Of a stretch of 64,000 nt of DNA, positions 30,730 through 40,370 are shown piece after piece. The number at the start of each line of letters is the position of its first letter. Position 1 is the stretch's first letter. The notes below the pieces were generated by a model, which was not told where the DNA came from, ran no database searches, and saw only the letters and a program-made list of their open reading frames with translations. A program made the position numbers and the translations under genes. Where the stretch lies: contig CAYLVW010000001.1 in NCBI GenBank assembly GCA_964387275.1, forward strand, positions 291,508-355,507. The letters are read 5' to 3'. This DNA is from an uncultured Candidatus Saccharibacteria bacterium (GTDB taxonomy: Bacteria; Patescibacteriota; WWE3; UBA101185; UBA10185).

Positions 30730-31353
30730 TCATCCCAATTGAGTAGCTGCAATTATCCGTGTAAATACCTGATCTAAACTTCTATTCGCGTCAACAGTTA
30801 CCCACTTATCTCTAAACAGTTCCCATTTCATTACCTCATGATAACCGTAGCGAACACGTTCATGATACTCCCTACCGAAAGCCTCAAACTTATCTCCAGC
30901 ATGATCTTTTACTCTTCTATAACTAACTTCCACTTTGGTATCGAGATAAATTATAAGATCGGGAAGTATATTTCCTACAGCAGGGAAGTTGATTTCTCTA
31001 ACAGTGTCGATATTAAGGCCTCTGCCATACCCTTGATTTACAATTGAAGAAACAAAACACCTATCACTTACAACATATCCCCCAGCCTCAATTACTGGAA
31101 AAACTACCGTCCTTAAAGTTTGAGAACGAGATGCTGCGTATAGATACGACTCACATATAACAGTCATATCTTCTACGAATTTAGTGCCTTGAACTACATT
31201 TCTAATAACATCGGATATTTCTGAACCCCCTGGCTCCCTAGTCCATATTACGTTCTTATTGGGATATAGTTTTTTAAGGTACTCTACTAGTCGTTTCGAA
31301 AGAGTAGTCTTACCGCTACCTACTGTTCCTTCGATTGCGATGTACATGGACAT
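30730..31353 (-). CDS. tmk: Thymidylate kinase.
   Basis: P-loop IEGTVGSGKTT, DRxxxS (VSDRCFVSS), LID region. A terminator hairpin lies at about 30690-30725. Confidence 0.85.
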   Translation of the reverse strand: MSMYIAIEGTVGSGKTTLSKRLVEYLKKLYPNKNVIWTREPGGSEISDVIRNVVQGTKFVEDMTVICESYLYAASRSQTLRTVVFPVIEAGGYVVSDRCFVSSIVNQGYGRGLNIDTVREINFPAVGNILPDLIIYLDTKVEVSYRRVKDHAGDKFEAFGREYHERVRYGYHEVMKWELFRDKWVTVDANRSLDQVFTRIIAATQLG

Positions 31354-31413
31354 AGAATAGTAAGTTTATCTAAATACGTCAACAAAAAATGCTGCAATTT
31401 ATGCTATATTGTT

Positions 31414-31821
31414 TTGAGGGAGGGCAACATGAAATTTTTAGCTGCTAAAGGCCATGCACTGAAACTTTTAGGGCTTAGTCTAGTTATTTTACCAATGCTA
31501 CTCGAAGTTTTTTTTGCAAGTTATATAAACACGCGGCTTCTGGGTCTAATTGGAATTGTAAGCAAACTAAGCGGATTAGGGGTAGTGATCTACAGTGTAT
31601 TTGTTATTGAAAATGAGAAGACCGGTAAAAGCGGAGATAATTGGGTCTCTATCATATTAGATTCTTTGGGCTTTATAAGTGGGTCCCTATTTGTAGTCCT
31701 GGTAGTTAGCAGTATAGCTATGAATATTTTACTGCTTACAACTGCATTTCTTTTCTGGCTGTCAGGATTTATTAGTTTGTTGGTAGCAGTTTACAGGATT
31801 TACAGTGTTAAAACTTATTAA
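31414..31821 (+). CDS. Hypothetical 4-TM membrane protein.
   Basis: Hydrophobicity pattern only. Confidence 0.3.
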   Translation: MREGNMKFLAAKGHALKLLGLSLVILPMLLEVFFASYINTRLLGLIGIVSKLSGLGVVIYSVFVIENEKTGKSGDNWVSIILDSLGFISGSLFVVLVVSSIAMNILLLTTAFLFWLSGFISLLVAVYRIYSVKTY

Positions 31822-31925
31822 ATAAACTAGTTGAGTAATTTCTAGGAAGTGCTGACTTAGTACATATAAACGGGTTTAAGAAAAACTTAAATCCGTTTTT
31901 TCAATGTCTAAATTCTCTAAAATAT

Positions 31926-32000
31926 TGGTGAGGACGGTGGGGATCGAACCCACGACAAACGGCTTAAAAGGCCGCTGCTCTACCACTGAGCTACGTCCCC
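31926..32000 (-). tRNA. tRNA-Lys (anticodon TTT)
   Basis: The reverse complement is GGGGACG-TA-GCTCAGTGGTAGAGC-A-GCGGC-CTTTTAA-GCCGT..GGTTCGATCCC..CGTCCTC-A-CCA. Confidence 0.85.
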
Positions 32001-32214
32001 AAGGCTTTGGGAAGTTAACGCCGTCAATTATACATAATAAACCGACTTTTTTGAATACTATGGCAAAAAGTATGTATTTTTGATAACTAGAGCGATAATA
32101 TACCCATTTCGGTTTAAAAATACTTGATAGTATAAAATCTATATTGTTAGGGGTTGTTGGGGTATTACTAGAACATGAAACATGCTAGTTATCCTAAAAC
32201 ACTAAATATATATA

Positions 32215-32316
32215 ATGACAAATTGTCCAAATTGCTATTACCAAATACTAGATATTAAAGGATCCACCAAGTCAGTGTGCAAAAACTGCGGCTTTAAGGA
32301 CGGGTGTTGTTTTTAA
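32215..32316 (+). CDS. Unannotated 33-aa Cys-rich small ORF (MTNCPNCYYQILDIKGSTKSVCKNCGFKDGCCF): CxxC-x14-CxxC zinc-ribbon-like peptide ending in CCF.
   Basis: ATG at 32215 preceded by TATATAAT; stop at 32314-32316. It falls below the ORF-track size cutoff. Confidence 0.3.
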   Translation: MTNCPNCYYQILDIKGSTKSVCKNCGFKDGCCF

Positions 32317-32363
32317 ATCATAAGATTAGTTGAAAAACAATATTGACGTGACCTTATATATCT

Positions 32364-35300
32364 GTGACCATTACTTTGATGCAAAATCACAAATTTTTTA
32401 CATCAATATTTCTAAGTTTATTTATTTTAGGTTTTATCATAAATCAGGATGTAGTTTACGCAGCAGCTACCCCAACCGTGACTACACTTACACCTGTTTC
32501 TACAAGTGTAGGTAAATTTAAAAAATTCGAGGTAGATTTTCAGATCTCGCAGTCTTATCCTGCAGATTCTCTTCTGCCCTACTACTATTATGATGCTAAT
32601 GATAATCCTACTGCTGATCCAGGCAGAACTTCTCCATATGGAATAGATGGTATATCTATTGATGCACACTTTGTTGCACCATCGGGTAAAGAGCAAGTTG
32701 TACCAGCTTTCTATTTCCAAGAGTATGTAAGAGGAGGTTCTCAAACATCTGCAACAATGACAGCAACCGGTAAGGTTGGCTGGAAAATCAGATATGCCCC
32801 ATCAGAGGTAGGAGCCTTTTCATATTATGTAACCGTAACTGATAAGAACGGTACTACAAGATATCCGACAAGCGGAAACTTGTCTTTCACTTCAACACAA
32901 AGTGACTCTAAAGGGTTTATACGTGTTGCAAGTAAAGATAGTAGGTTTTTACAATTTGATGATGGAAGCTCGTATGTTCCAATATCTGCTGGTAAGCAGT
33001 GGTGGCTTTGCTGCGGAGGCAGATCTTATGATATTGAGAATAGCTACAACAGATTTGGTGCAAATGGTGTTAACTTAACCAGACTTTGGGATCAAAATGA
33101 TGGTTACAACTTAACTGTCGAGGGACATTATGATGGCTATAATTGGCCTGAAGATTATAACCCAGACAATGGTGTAAATGATCTGACGACGATCAGAAAG
33201 GGAACTCAGTTTAACCAAAGAGGCAATGCTGAGGAAGACTTAATTATCCAAGCAGCTGAAAGAAATGGTGTATACATTGAGCTTTCGTCACATGAAGATC
33301 CTTATTGGATTTGGGACGGCTCCGTACACAACGAATCCTGGAATACTTCTGTACAAAAATTTGATAGCCTAAGACATATCGGCTATTGGAAGAGAAACTT
33401 CAGATATAGGGTAGCTAGATGGGGTTACTCAACTTCAATACTATCTTGGGAAACATGGAACGAACATGGCCATGTATTACCAGGCACTGAAGTATACAAC
33501 TTTTATCAACAGCTAGGAGCTTATCAAAAAGTGGCAGATGTATATGGTCACCTTAGAACTACATCTCAAGGCAGTCAAGCCTTTAGTCCTGCTTTTTGGA
33601 CTTCTGGTGCATTTGATTTAGCTAACCTTCACTTCTACATAATGGGTTTTACACCCGAAGCTTTTAGAACAGATGAAGCAAAGTTCGTATATAGTGTAGC
33701 TTGGTGCTTGAGAGATATTGGAAGAGGTACTTCAAGTCCTTATTGTACCGATCTTGGCTTAGGAGATGGCACTACTTGGTCTGCTTTTAAAGGCCATATG
33801 CCTTGGATATGGGGTGAATTTGACGCAGGTACAAATAATTGGAATGAATCTAACCCCCTTACTAAAACAGGAGAGGGAAGACTAAGACTCTTGCATAACT
33901 CTTTATGGAGTGGCTTATTCTCACCACTAGGAACTTCTCCAATAGAATGGTATTTTGATGGAGAAGATGCAGCAACTACAACAGCTAAGCTAGCTCAAAG
34001 GCTGGGCGCCAGCAAGTTCTTCAAGGATGTAGATTATGCAAATGGCAATCTTACTTTTCTACCAGGCCAGTACGACACACCTACAGGCTATACAGGTGAA
34101 ACTATCACTTCCTCAGATGCTAGAATTAAAGTTTATGGAATGAGAAGAGGAGATAAAACTGCTGCATACTTGTGGATTCAAAATAGAGGCTATACTTGGG
34201 TTAACTCACCTAATACGGCTCAACAAGTAACAGGAGTTGCAAAAATCGCAGGTCTTGGTACTGGGTCTTATAGAGTTGAAATGTGGAATACAAATGATGG
34301 TTCTATTACTAGCACTAATGTTGTTACACCATCCAACGGTGAAATAACAGTAAATGTGAATAATTTAACAACAGATTTTGCTGTTAAGATAATCTCAACA
34401 ACTGCAACACCATCCACGACGCCTACTCCAACAGCAACCCCAACACCTAGCCCTACTGCAACACCAACCCCAACACCCACGCCTTCTAATCTAGGTAATG
34501 GAGATGTTAATGGTGATGGTGTGGTAAATGCAGGAGACTTAGTATCACTGGTAACAAATTGGGCAGCAACTGTAACTAGTTCACTAGATCAATACAAAGA
34601 CGGAGTGGTAAATAGTTTAGATTTTGCAGTGACATCAAATACAATACCTGTAACAACCCCGACCCCAAGCCCAACTGTAACACCAACTCCAACACCTACA
34701 CCAACTCCAACACCTACACCGACTGCTACTGCAACCCCTGTTCCAACTCCGACCCCTACACCAACAGCTACACCAGCACCAGGAACTCCCATATCTTGGT
34801 CACAGTTTGGTGGTAATGCTCAACGCACAAACCATACAGAGCAAACTGTCGCTTCGCCTTGGAGATTTAAATGGGTTTGGAATGGTCCTGATGCCAGTGG
34901 TAAAACACAAGCAAACCATCTAAACGACGTACCAGATATGGTACAACCAATAACTGGAGGTAATAGAGTTTACATGGTTGCAAACAACACCCTATATGCT
35001 CTTGATAAAAATAGCTCCAATAAAGCATCTGGTACAGTACTGTGGTCAAAGGGAAATATAGGTACTTTAAATGCAACACCAGCGTATGAAGCCGAAGTTA
35101 TCTACCTAACAAGCTCCACAGGTGTGTATAAACTTAACGCGTCTGACGGCTCCACTTTAGCTTCTTATACAACTCAGGGTTCCACTGTAGCTCCTTTACT
35201 TGCAAATAATAGTTTGTATGTTGCTTTAGCAAACGGAAACTTAGTTTCCTTAAATAAAGCCAACATGACTGCAACTTGGACTTATACAGGGGGCTCAAAC

Positions 35301-36836
35301 AGTGCTACTCCTCCGTCCTTCTCGAGTAGTAAATCAACAATTGTTTATGTAACCCAAGATCTTAATGTCCACGCAGTTAATACAAATGGTACTCAAAAGT
35401 GGAAAGTAAAACCAACTCCAAGAACACCTGGTAATCCTGCCTCTTCTCCAGCAAACAACTTAGCTGAAGCGCTAAATGGATGGCCGGTTATCGCTGAGGC
35501 TCATGGATTAGTGTTTGTAAGGTATCGACTAGACTGGCAAACCCTTTGGGAACATAACCCTTACCCAACAACCGTTACAGGAGATACCGTGGTAAATCAA
35601 ACTATGTATGCTCTTAATTTGGATAACGGTACTATTGCCTTTAAACCGGCTGTAGGTAATGCAGCTCAAGGTGATGGTGGCGTTCTCGATATGGGACCTC
35701 AGCCCATAATACGGGTTGTTGATGGAAAAGAAGTTGCTTACGTAATTTGGAGAAATGGACAAGTCTGTGGAGGCTGTGCTTCTGGAGGTAACTGTACAAA
35801 TAATGGTGTGACTCAATGGTGTGATGGTAGAGAAGATGCAACGTTCGGAGAAATGGTCTTAGACAACAATACAGTTAGTGGATATCAAGCAGGTCAAGTA
35901 AGATTTGTAGGCTCAGGCAGATACTTAGCTCAAGAGGGAACACACCAGTTCGATATACAAACAGATGAAGCACTGAACATCACTATGTCCGGCTCTACTT
36001 TATTTCATAACCACTGGTTAGTGTCTCAGACAATAAATATTGTAGACAGAAGTAGTAGCCTTGGTTCAAGCTTCCAAAACCCAATAAGGGCTGTTGCCGG
36101 TCAAAACACTATTTGGAGGCAAGTCTATTGTGCGCCAACAAATACACAGTGTAACCCGCAAATCTTCCCTGGAGGTTCAGGAACTACTTATGGATCATCC
36201 GACTGCCAATTCAATGCTAATACAAGAGCTTGTACCAGCAACCTTTATTCTTATGGAGATAACAGATCCTATGGACCTGGTTTTTACGAATATCATAACG
36301 ATAACAACCATGGAACAATGGCATTTTCTGTTGTGAGTGATGGCTTAGTCCTCGTAAAAACAATAGATGGTGCTGTAATGGCTTACGAAAACGGAAGCAT
36401 AGCTGATACTGAAAACGAGCTACTTGCGTTAGGCAACGTAGACTCCAACGTTCTAGGTGCAGAAACAGTAGCAGAAACTCCTAAAATATCTTGGGAACAA
36501 GCACTTGATCATGTGGGAAAAAATGTAATTCTTAATGGTAAGGTTACAGTAGTTGAAGACCACATGCCAAAAGCATACTACATAGGATTTACAGAAAATC
36601 CTAAGGAAAAGTTTTTGGTAAGAATTTTTGCGGAAAATGCTTCTAAATTTACTTACGACATTAGTAGTCTCGTAGGTAAGGAAGTAAGTATAAAAGGATA
36701 TGTCACAACTTACTGGCCTGATAATGAGATTGCGGAGATCGTCGTAACAGACCCAACACAAATTGAAGTAGCTAAAGCTTCAAAAAATGATAATTGGTTA
36801 TTTAGCTTTTTGAAAGGTATCTTCTCATGGAAATAA
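32364..36836 (+). CDS. Giant secreted multidomain protein. Domains in order: N-terminal TM/signal; Ig-like domain; GH5-like (clan GH-A) TIM-barrel glycoside hydrolase domain; PT linker; type-I dockerin module; PT linker; PQQ-like beta-propeller; C-terminal domain.
   Basis: WETWNEHG (GH-A acid/base NE motif); two dockerin Ca-binding repeats GDVNGDGVVNAGDLVSL and DQYKDGVVNSLDFAV; repeated xYALDxxxGxxxW propeller blades. Confidence 0.55.
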   Translation: MTITLMQNHKFFTSIFLSLFILGFIINQDVVYAAATPTVTTLTPVSTSVGKFKKFEVDFQISQSYPADSLLPYYYYDANDNPTADPGRTSPYGIDGISIDAHFVAPSGKEQVVPAFYFQEYVRGGSQTSATMTATGKVGWKIRYAPSEVGAFSYYVTVTDKNGTTRYPTSGNLSFTSTQSDSKGFIRVASKDSRFLQFDDGSSYVPISAGKQWWLCCGGRSYDIENSYNRFGANGVNLTRLWDQNDGYNLTVEGHYDGYNWPEDYNPDNGVNDLTTIRKGTQFNQRGNAEEDLIIQAAERNGVYIELSSHEDPYWIWDGSVHNESWNTSVQKFDSLRHIGYWKRNFRYRVARWGYSTSILSWETWNEHGHVLPGTEVYNFYQQLGAYQKVADVYGHLRTTSQGSQAFSPAFWTSGAFDLANLHFYIMGFTPEAFRTDEAKFVYSVAWCLRDIGRGTSSPYCTDLGLGDGTTWSAFKGHMPWIWGEFDAGTNNWNESNPLTKTGEGRLRLLHNSLWSGLFSPLGTSPIEWYFDGEDAATTTAKLAQRLGASKFFKDVDYANGNLTFLPGQYDTPTGYTGETITSSDARIKVYGMRRGDKTAAYLWIQNRGYTWVNSPNTAQQVTGVAKIAGLGTGSYRVEMWNTNDGSITSTNVVTPSNGEITVNVNNLTTDFAVKIISTTATPSTTPTPTATPTPSPTATPTPTPTPSNLGNGDVNGDGVVNAGDLVSLVTNWAATVTSSLDQYKDGVVNSLDFAVTSNTIPVTTPTPSPTVTPTPTPTPTPTPTPTATATPVPTPTPTPTATPAPGTPISWSQFGGNAQRTNHTEQTVASPWRFKWVWNGPDASGKTQANHLNDVPDMVQPITGGNRVYMVANNTLYALDKNSSNKASGTVLWSKGNIGTLNATPAYEAEVIYLTSSTGVYKLNASDGSTLASYTTQGSTVAPLLANNSLYVALANGNLVSLNKANMTATWTYTGGSNSATPPSFSSSKSTIVYVTQDLNVHAVNTNGTQKWKVKPTPRTPGNPASSPANNLAEALNGWPVIAEAHGLVFVRYRLDWQTLWEHNPYPTTVTGDTVVNQTMYALNLDNGTIAFKPAVGNAAQGDGGVLDMGPQPIIRVVDGKEVAYVIWRNGQVCGGCASGGNCTNNGVTQWCDGREDATFGEMVLDNNTVSGYQAGQVRFVGSGRYLAQEGTHQFDIQTDEALNITMSGSTLFHNHWLVSQTINIVDRSSSLGSSFQNPIRAVAGQNTIWRQVYCAPTNTQCNPQIFPGGSGTTYGSSDCQFNANTRACTSNLYSYGDNRSYGPGFYEYHNDNNHGTMAFSVVSDGLVLVKTIDGAVMAYENGSIADTENELLALGNVDSNVLGAETVAETPKISWEQALDHVGKNVILNGKVTVVEDHMPKAYYIGFTENPKEKFLVRIFAENASKFTYDISSLVGKEVSIKGYVTTYWPDNEIAEIVVTDPTQIEVAKASKNDNWLFSFLKGIFSWK

Positions 36837-38605
36837 GAAACTTAATAAATCTTATAACTGGTGATAAGAAGTACCTGATGATAGCAACTGCTTTAACGCT
36901 ACTTACCACAGGCATTGGTCTTAAGGTAGCAGTAGATAGGGGATTTATTTTTGGGGCCGCTTCTGGTGGAAGACTGGCCCTTCCCCAAACAGCTTCATCC
37001 ACTGTAAATACTGATTTTTCTGTACCACTTACTATCAATCCTAATAGCCAAAATGTCTTAGGCTTTGATGTGAGGGTTAAAATACCTAATACTTTAGTAC
37101 AGTTGGTACAGATAGTGCCTTCAAATAGCATCCAAACAACTCTTACCTATGTACCTACGTTGAGTGAGGCTATCGCAAAAGCCAATGAGACGGGAGAACT
37201 TAGTTTCAGTGTTCTAACCTATGATAGTAACAAGGCAGCTGTTACAAACCCAATTACTGGGACAACAGACACCACTGTAGCTACATTAACATTTAAACCT
37301 CTAACCGTGGGCAATGGAACTGTAGAGTGGCTTTTTACTGATGGCAGTACCACTGATTCAAACATTGCAGTAAAAGGTAGCAATAACGATGCGCTATCAA
37401 CAGTTACCAATATGGCAGTCTCTATAGGGGAGACACCAACCCCAACCCTAACTCCAACTCAAACCTCAACACCTACTGCAACTACCACACCAACCCCAAC
37501 TCCTAGCACAACACCTTCTGGTACAACCACCCCGACGACAACACCAACCCCAACAGTCACAGGTACTCCAACCCCGGTCCCAACTCCGGATAGCCCAACT
37601 TCCACAGACTCCCTACAAAACTCCGGTTTTGAGACTGGCAAAACTACGCCGTGGAAAACCAGTAGTGCTACTGTAGTTAGTGGGGCAAAAAGCGGGTCAT
37701 ACGCTTTAAGACTCAACTCAAGCAGTGCCTACAATTCTCAAAACATCTCAGGTTTATTAAAGGCTGGGACGGAATACACACTATCTGCTTGGATTAAGGT
37801 CACTAAGAAAGGTACTAGCTGGGGAGTTCCAGGACTTAGAGTTTCGAAATTTGATGATCTGGGAACATCTGATTATGGTGAAGCTAAAGTAGCAAATGAT
37901 ACAAAACCAGGGTGGACCCAAGTCAAAATCAAGAAAACATTCACAGCAAAGGAATTGCAATCTAATGTGTTTTTCGGCGTAAAGAATTTTGGATTTAATG
38001 GTACAAGCTTAGTGGATGATTTCACTATAACAGCCGGTGCCTCATCACCAACACCCACGCCTTCCCCCACTCCAACCCCTACTCCAACCCCTACTCCTAT
38101 ACCTACTGCACAAACAGTGACATACACTGGTAGTATATTTAACCAAGATGGAGGTAGCCAATCAAACGGAGGAAACTGGATTGGAACTGGTCAAGATACT
38201 ACATCAAGTTTTGCTGCCTTTAGCTTTAGTGGAGTTAATATTCCACAAAACGCAACTATACAGTCAGCTAAAGTGGAACTTCAGTCTAGTGGAGATCAAT
38301 GGATACAAGTAGATTTTGAGCTTTATGGTGAAAATACAGCAAATAGTAGTAGTTTCTCAAGTAATTCACTGCCTTCAAGTAGAACGCTTACATCAGATAA
38401 AATAGCAAGTTCTACTAACGAGAGGTGGGTTAATGGAAATTGGTATGGCTATGATGAAGTAACACAGATACTAAAAACTCTCACGGCAAAATCAGACTGG
38501 AAATCAGGTAACACGCTTTCGCTTATTTCTAAGGGAACAGGTAGTCAGTTTGGTAAGAAAAGTGTCTCTTCTGCTAGACTTACTGTTACTTTTGTAGCTA
38601 AGTAG
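36827..38605 (+). CDS. Secreted scaffold-like protein: N-terminal TM, cohesin-like domain, PT linker, CBM4/9-like carbohydrate-binding module, PT linker, and a C-terminal ~150-aa module homologous to the N-terminal module of ORF 4904-7165. Its start overlaps the dockerin gene by 10 bp.
   Basis: GFDVRVKIPNTLVQLVQIVP against the cohesin signature DFVYSYDPNVLEIIEIEP; ATLTFKPLTVGNGTVEW against ATIVAKVKSGAPNGLSV. CBM4/9 pattern: LQNSGFETGKTTPW...GSYALRL...YTLSAWIKV. Confidence 0.5.
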   Translation: MEIRNLINLITGDKKYLMIATALTLLTTGIGLKVAVDRGFIFGAASGGRLALPQTASSTVNTDFSVPLTINPNSQNVLGFDVRVKIPNTLVQLVQIVPSNSIQTTLTYVPTLSEAIAKANETGELSFSVLTYDSNKAAVTNPITGTTDTTVATLTFKPLTVGNGTVEWLFTDGSTTDSNIAVKGSNNDALSTVTNMAVSIGETPTPTLTPTQTSTPTATTTPTPTPSTTPSGTTTPTTTPTPTVTGTPTPVPTPDSPTSTDSLQNSGFETGKTTPWKTSSATVVSGAKSGSYALRLNSSSAYNSQNISGLLKAGTEYTLSAWIKVTKKGTSWGVPGLRVSKFDDLGTSDYGEAKVANDTKPGWTQVKIKKTFTAKELQSNVFFGVKNFGFNGTSLVDDFTITAGASSPTPTPSPTPTPTPTPTPIPTAQTVTYTGSIFNQDGGSQSNGGNWIGTGQDTTSSFAAFSFSGVNIPQNATIQSAKVELQSSGDQWIQVDFELYGENTANSSSFSSNSLPSSRTLTSDKIASSTNERWVNGNWYGYDEVTQILKTLTAKSDWKSGNTLSLISKGTGSQFGKKSVSSARLTVTFVAK

Positions 38606-38630
38606 TATTTTGTTAGTGATGTTTGTTTTG

Positions 38631-38657
38631 AGGGCGGGGCCAAAGGCCCCGCCCTCT
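38631..38657 (+). terminator. GC-rich palindromic hairpin GAGGGCGGGGCC-AAA-GGCCCCGCCCTC followed by TTTAT; first member of an AGGGCGG...CCGCCCT hairpin family.
   Basis: Perfect 12-bp stem in AT-rich DNA just after the scaffold gene. Confidence 0.55.
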
Positions 38658-38777
38658 TTATACATACAACACACAGTACAATAGGCTATTTTTACAATCT
38701 AACGTACTTAAAACTAAATTTATTGAAGCTATATTACTATAAAGTTATTAGGAGGAATTTATTTTATAGGAGGCATT

Positions 38778-38802
38778 AAGGGCGGCGCTTTGCGCCGCCC
38801 TT
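38778..38802. repeat. Second GC-rich palindrome AAGGGCGGCGC-TTT-GCGCCGCCCTT, preceded by two AGGAGG boxes with no downstream ORF.
   Basis: Perfect 11-bp stem. It shares the AAGGGCGG / CCGCCCTT arm ends with the hairpins at 38631 and 53741. Confidence 0.45.
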
Positions 38803-38828
38803 AAAAAGAGCAAAATCAAAACATAAAC

Positions 38829-39203
38829 CTATTTACCTAAAGGTAAACTCTCGCAAGCAACGCCATCATTATCACCATCAAGGTTATTAGTATCCCCAGA
38901 AACCCCACCAGCTTTATCAAAAAAACCCTGGGCTAAAGTTTGAGTTTGAAAATCACTACAATTGTACTCATCTGTATACTTACCCCCTGAAGTAACAACA
39001 TTACCATCAGCATCTCTCATTACTTTAGATTCAGAAAGACTAGAACCTGAAATTAATTTCCCAAGATCAAAATCATTATTAGAAGCCTCTAACCCAAATG
39101 CTCCTAAAAGTAGGACCAAAGCACCAATAAGAATAGGTTTTGCAATTTTCTTAGAGGACTCACTGGTATTTGCTAGCTTGTCTATTTTAGGTATATTTAC
39201 CAT
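38829..39203 (-). CDS. Secreted Excalibur calcium-binding domain protein.
   Basis: N-terminal TM/signal; C-terminal [13 protein letters not shown]...[13 protein letters not shown] is the Excalibur consensus (CxDF..Q..AQ...DxDxDGxxCE). Confidence 0.65.
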   Translation of the reverse strand: MVNIPKIDKLANTSESSKKIAKPILIGALVLLLGAFGLEASNNDFDLGKLISGSSLSESKVMRDADGNVVTSGGKYTDEYNCSDFQTQTLAQGFFDKAGGVSGDTNNLDGDNDGVACESLPLGK

Positions 39204-39364
39204 ACGTTATACAATAGATAAGCAACAACCAAAATTAATAAAGTGATTACAACAAGCCTTGCAGTTTTATTACCACGTAGATTATTCATAATTCTGATAA
39301 TCGCCAATCGGCGTAAATTTAATACTTCTATTACACTACAGCACAGATCAAACCGCTACAACAT

Positions 39365-40123
39365 TTAGTTGATCTTAGATGAAAGATTAAGGGACAAGAT
39401 TTCGGTGGTGCTGGTTTTTTGGTCGTTGGGATTTTTCCAATAAGTGTGTTCTACTGTGATTATCCCATCTACAACTGATTTAACCATATAGAAGTTTTTG
39501 TAACTTGCTGCTGGGTAAACTAAAGTTTCCTCCCCGGTTTGTATATTGTAGTACGCTACTGATGATGCATCATAAAATTCCCCTGAGTTAGCAGGAGGTT
39601 TTATAACTCCGTTGTAAATTAGAAAGTCTTTATAGAAAATCTTAGTTTCTCCAAAAATGGAAAAGTCATTCTTTATTATTTTACTTTCAGATAATGAAAT
39701 TAAAACGCCATGTCTGGTTATAGAAGTTCCCGATGTTATAAAGAGATATTTACCATCTACGCTAAAGTAAGGTTTAACAGTACCGAAAAGTGCTACTTTA
39801 CCTTGTATATCCAAAGTTATGTTTTCTTTTTTGTTCCTAACACTTATCTCAACTTCTCCTGTGGAGCTATCAAATGACCTATCATAGACTTCGTACAAAG
39901 AATGACTTTCAAAAACATACTGGTGAGGTAAGGGGGTGGATGTAGGCTTTTGAGCACTAGTCCCAGTAGGTGTTGGATTAACAGGAGTTACATTAGTAAA
40001 AGGATTATCACCTGTGTTACCAATACCCGAATTTTTTAATGTGTTGCTATCAATAAAAACTAAAACTATAAAAAGAACTATAGAACCAGACACTGCTAAT
40101 ACTATGAAAAGTTTCTTTTTCAT
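39365..40123 (-). CDS. Hypothetical membrane-anchored extracellular protein (252 aa).
   Basis: N-terminal TM, a PT-rich stretch, and a beta-rich C-terminus. Confidence 0.35.
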   Translation of the reverse strand: MKKKLFIVLAVSGSIVLFIVLVFIDSNTLKNSGIGNTGDNPFTNVTPVNPTPTGTSAQKPTSTPLPHQYVFESHSLYEVYDRSFDSSTGEVEISVRNKKENITLDIQGKVALFGTVKPYFSVDGKYLFITSGTSITRHGVLISLSESKIIKNDFSIFGETKIFYKDFLIYNGVIKPPANSGEFYDASSVAYYNIQTGEETLVYPAASYKNFYMVKSVVDGIITVEHTYWKNPNDQKTSTTEILSLNLSSKIN

Positions 40124-40370
40124 TACTTAAGTATAGAAAGAGTCTTTAAATTAAGCAATGTTATAAACTATTTACTTTAATTTCTTTGAGATAAGTGGTT
40201 TAGAATCTGTAATTCCAGCATACTTATTATAAAAACACTGCCTGTGAAACCAATATAATTTTGTAAGAATAACTTATGTGCTATGACACCTGAAAAAAGT
40301 AGCTCACCCGGAAGAAGTATATTAAACTAATGGCGGGCATTTACTAATAGTAACTACCCACCATAGCCTG

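Noticed and set aside
34380-34800. A possible CRISPR array, suggested by the short, regularly repeated ACACC-type units.
   Set aside because: The repeats are 3-nt-periodic coding repeats inside an open reading frame. They have no unique spacers, and no cas genes are nearby.
38730-38776. Two strong Shine-Dalgarno-like AGGAGG boxes between the GC-rich hairpins, hinting at a small ORF.
   Set aside because: No ATG, GTG or TTG start opens an ORF of useful length on either strand within 15 nt downstream.
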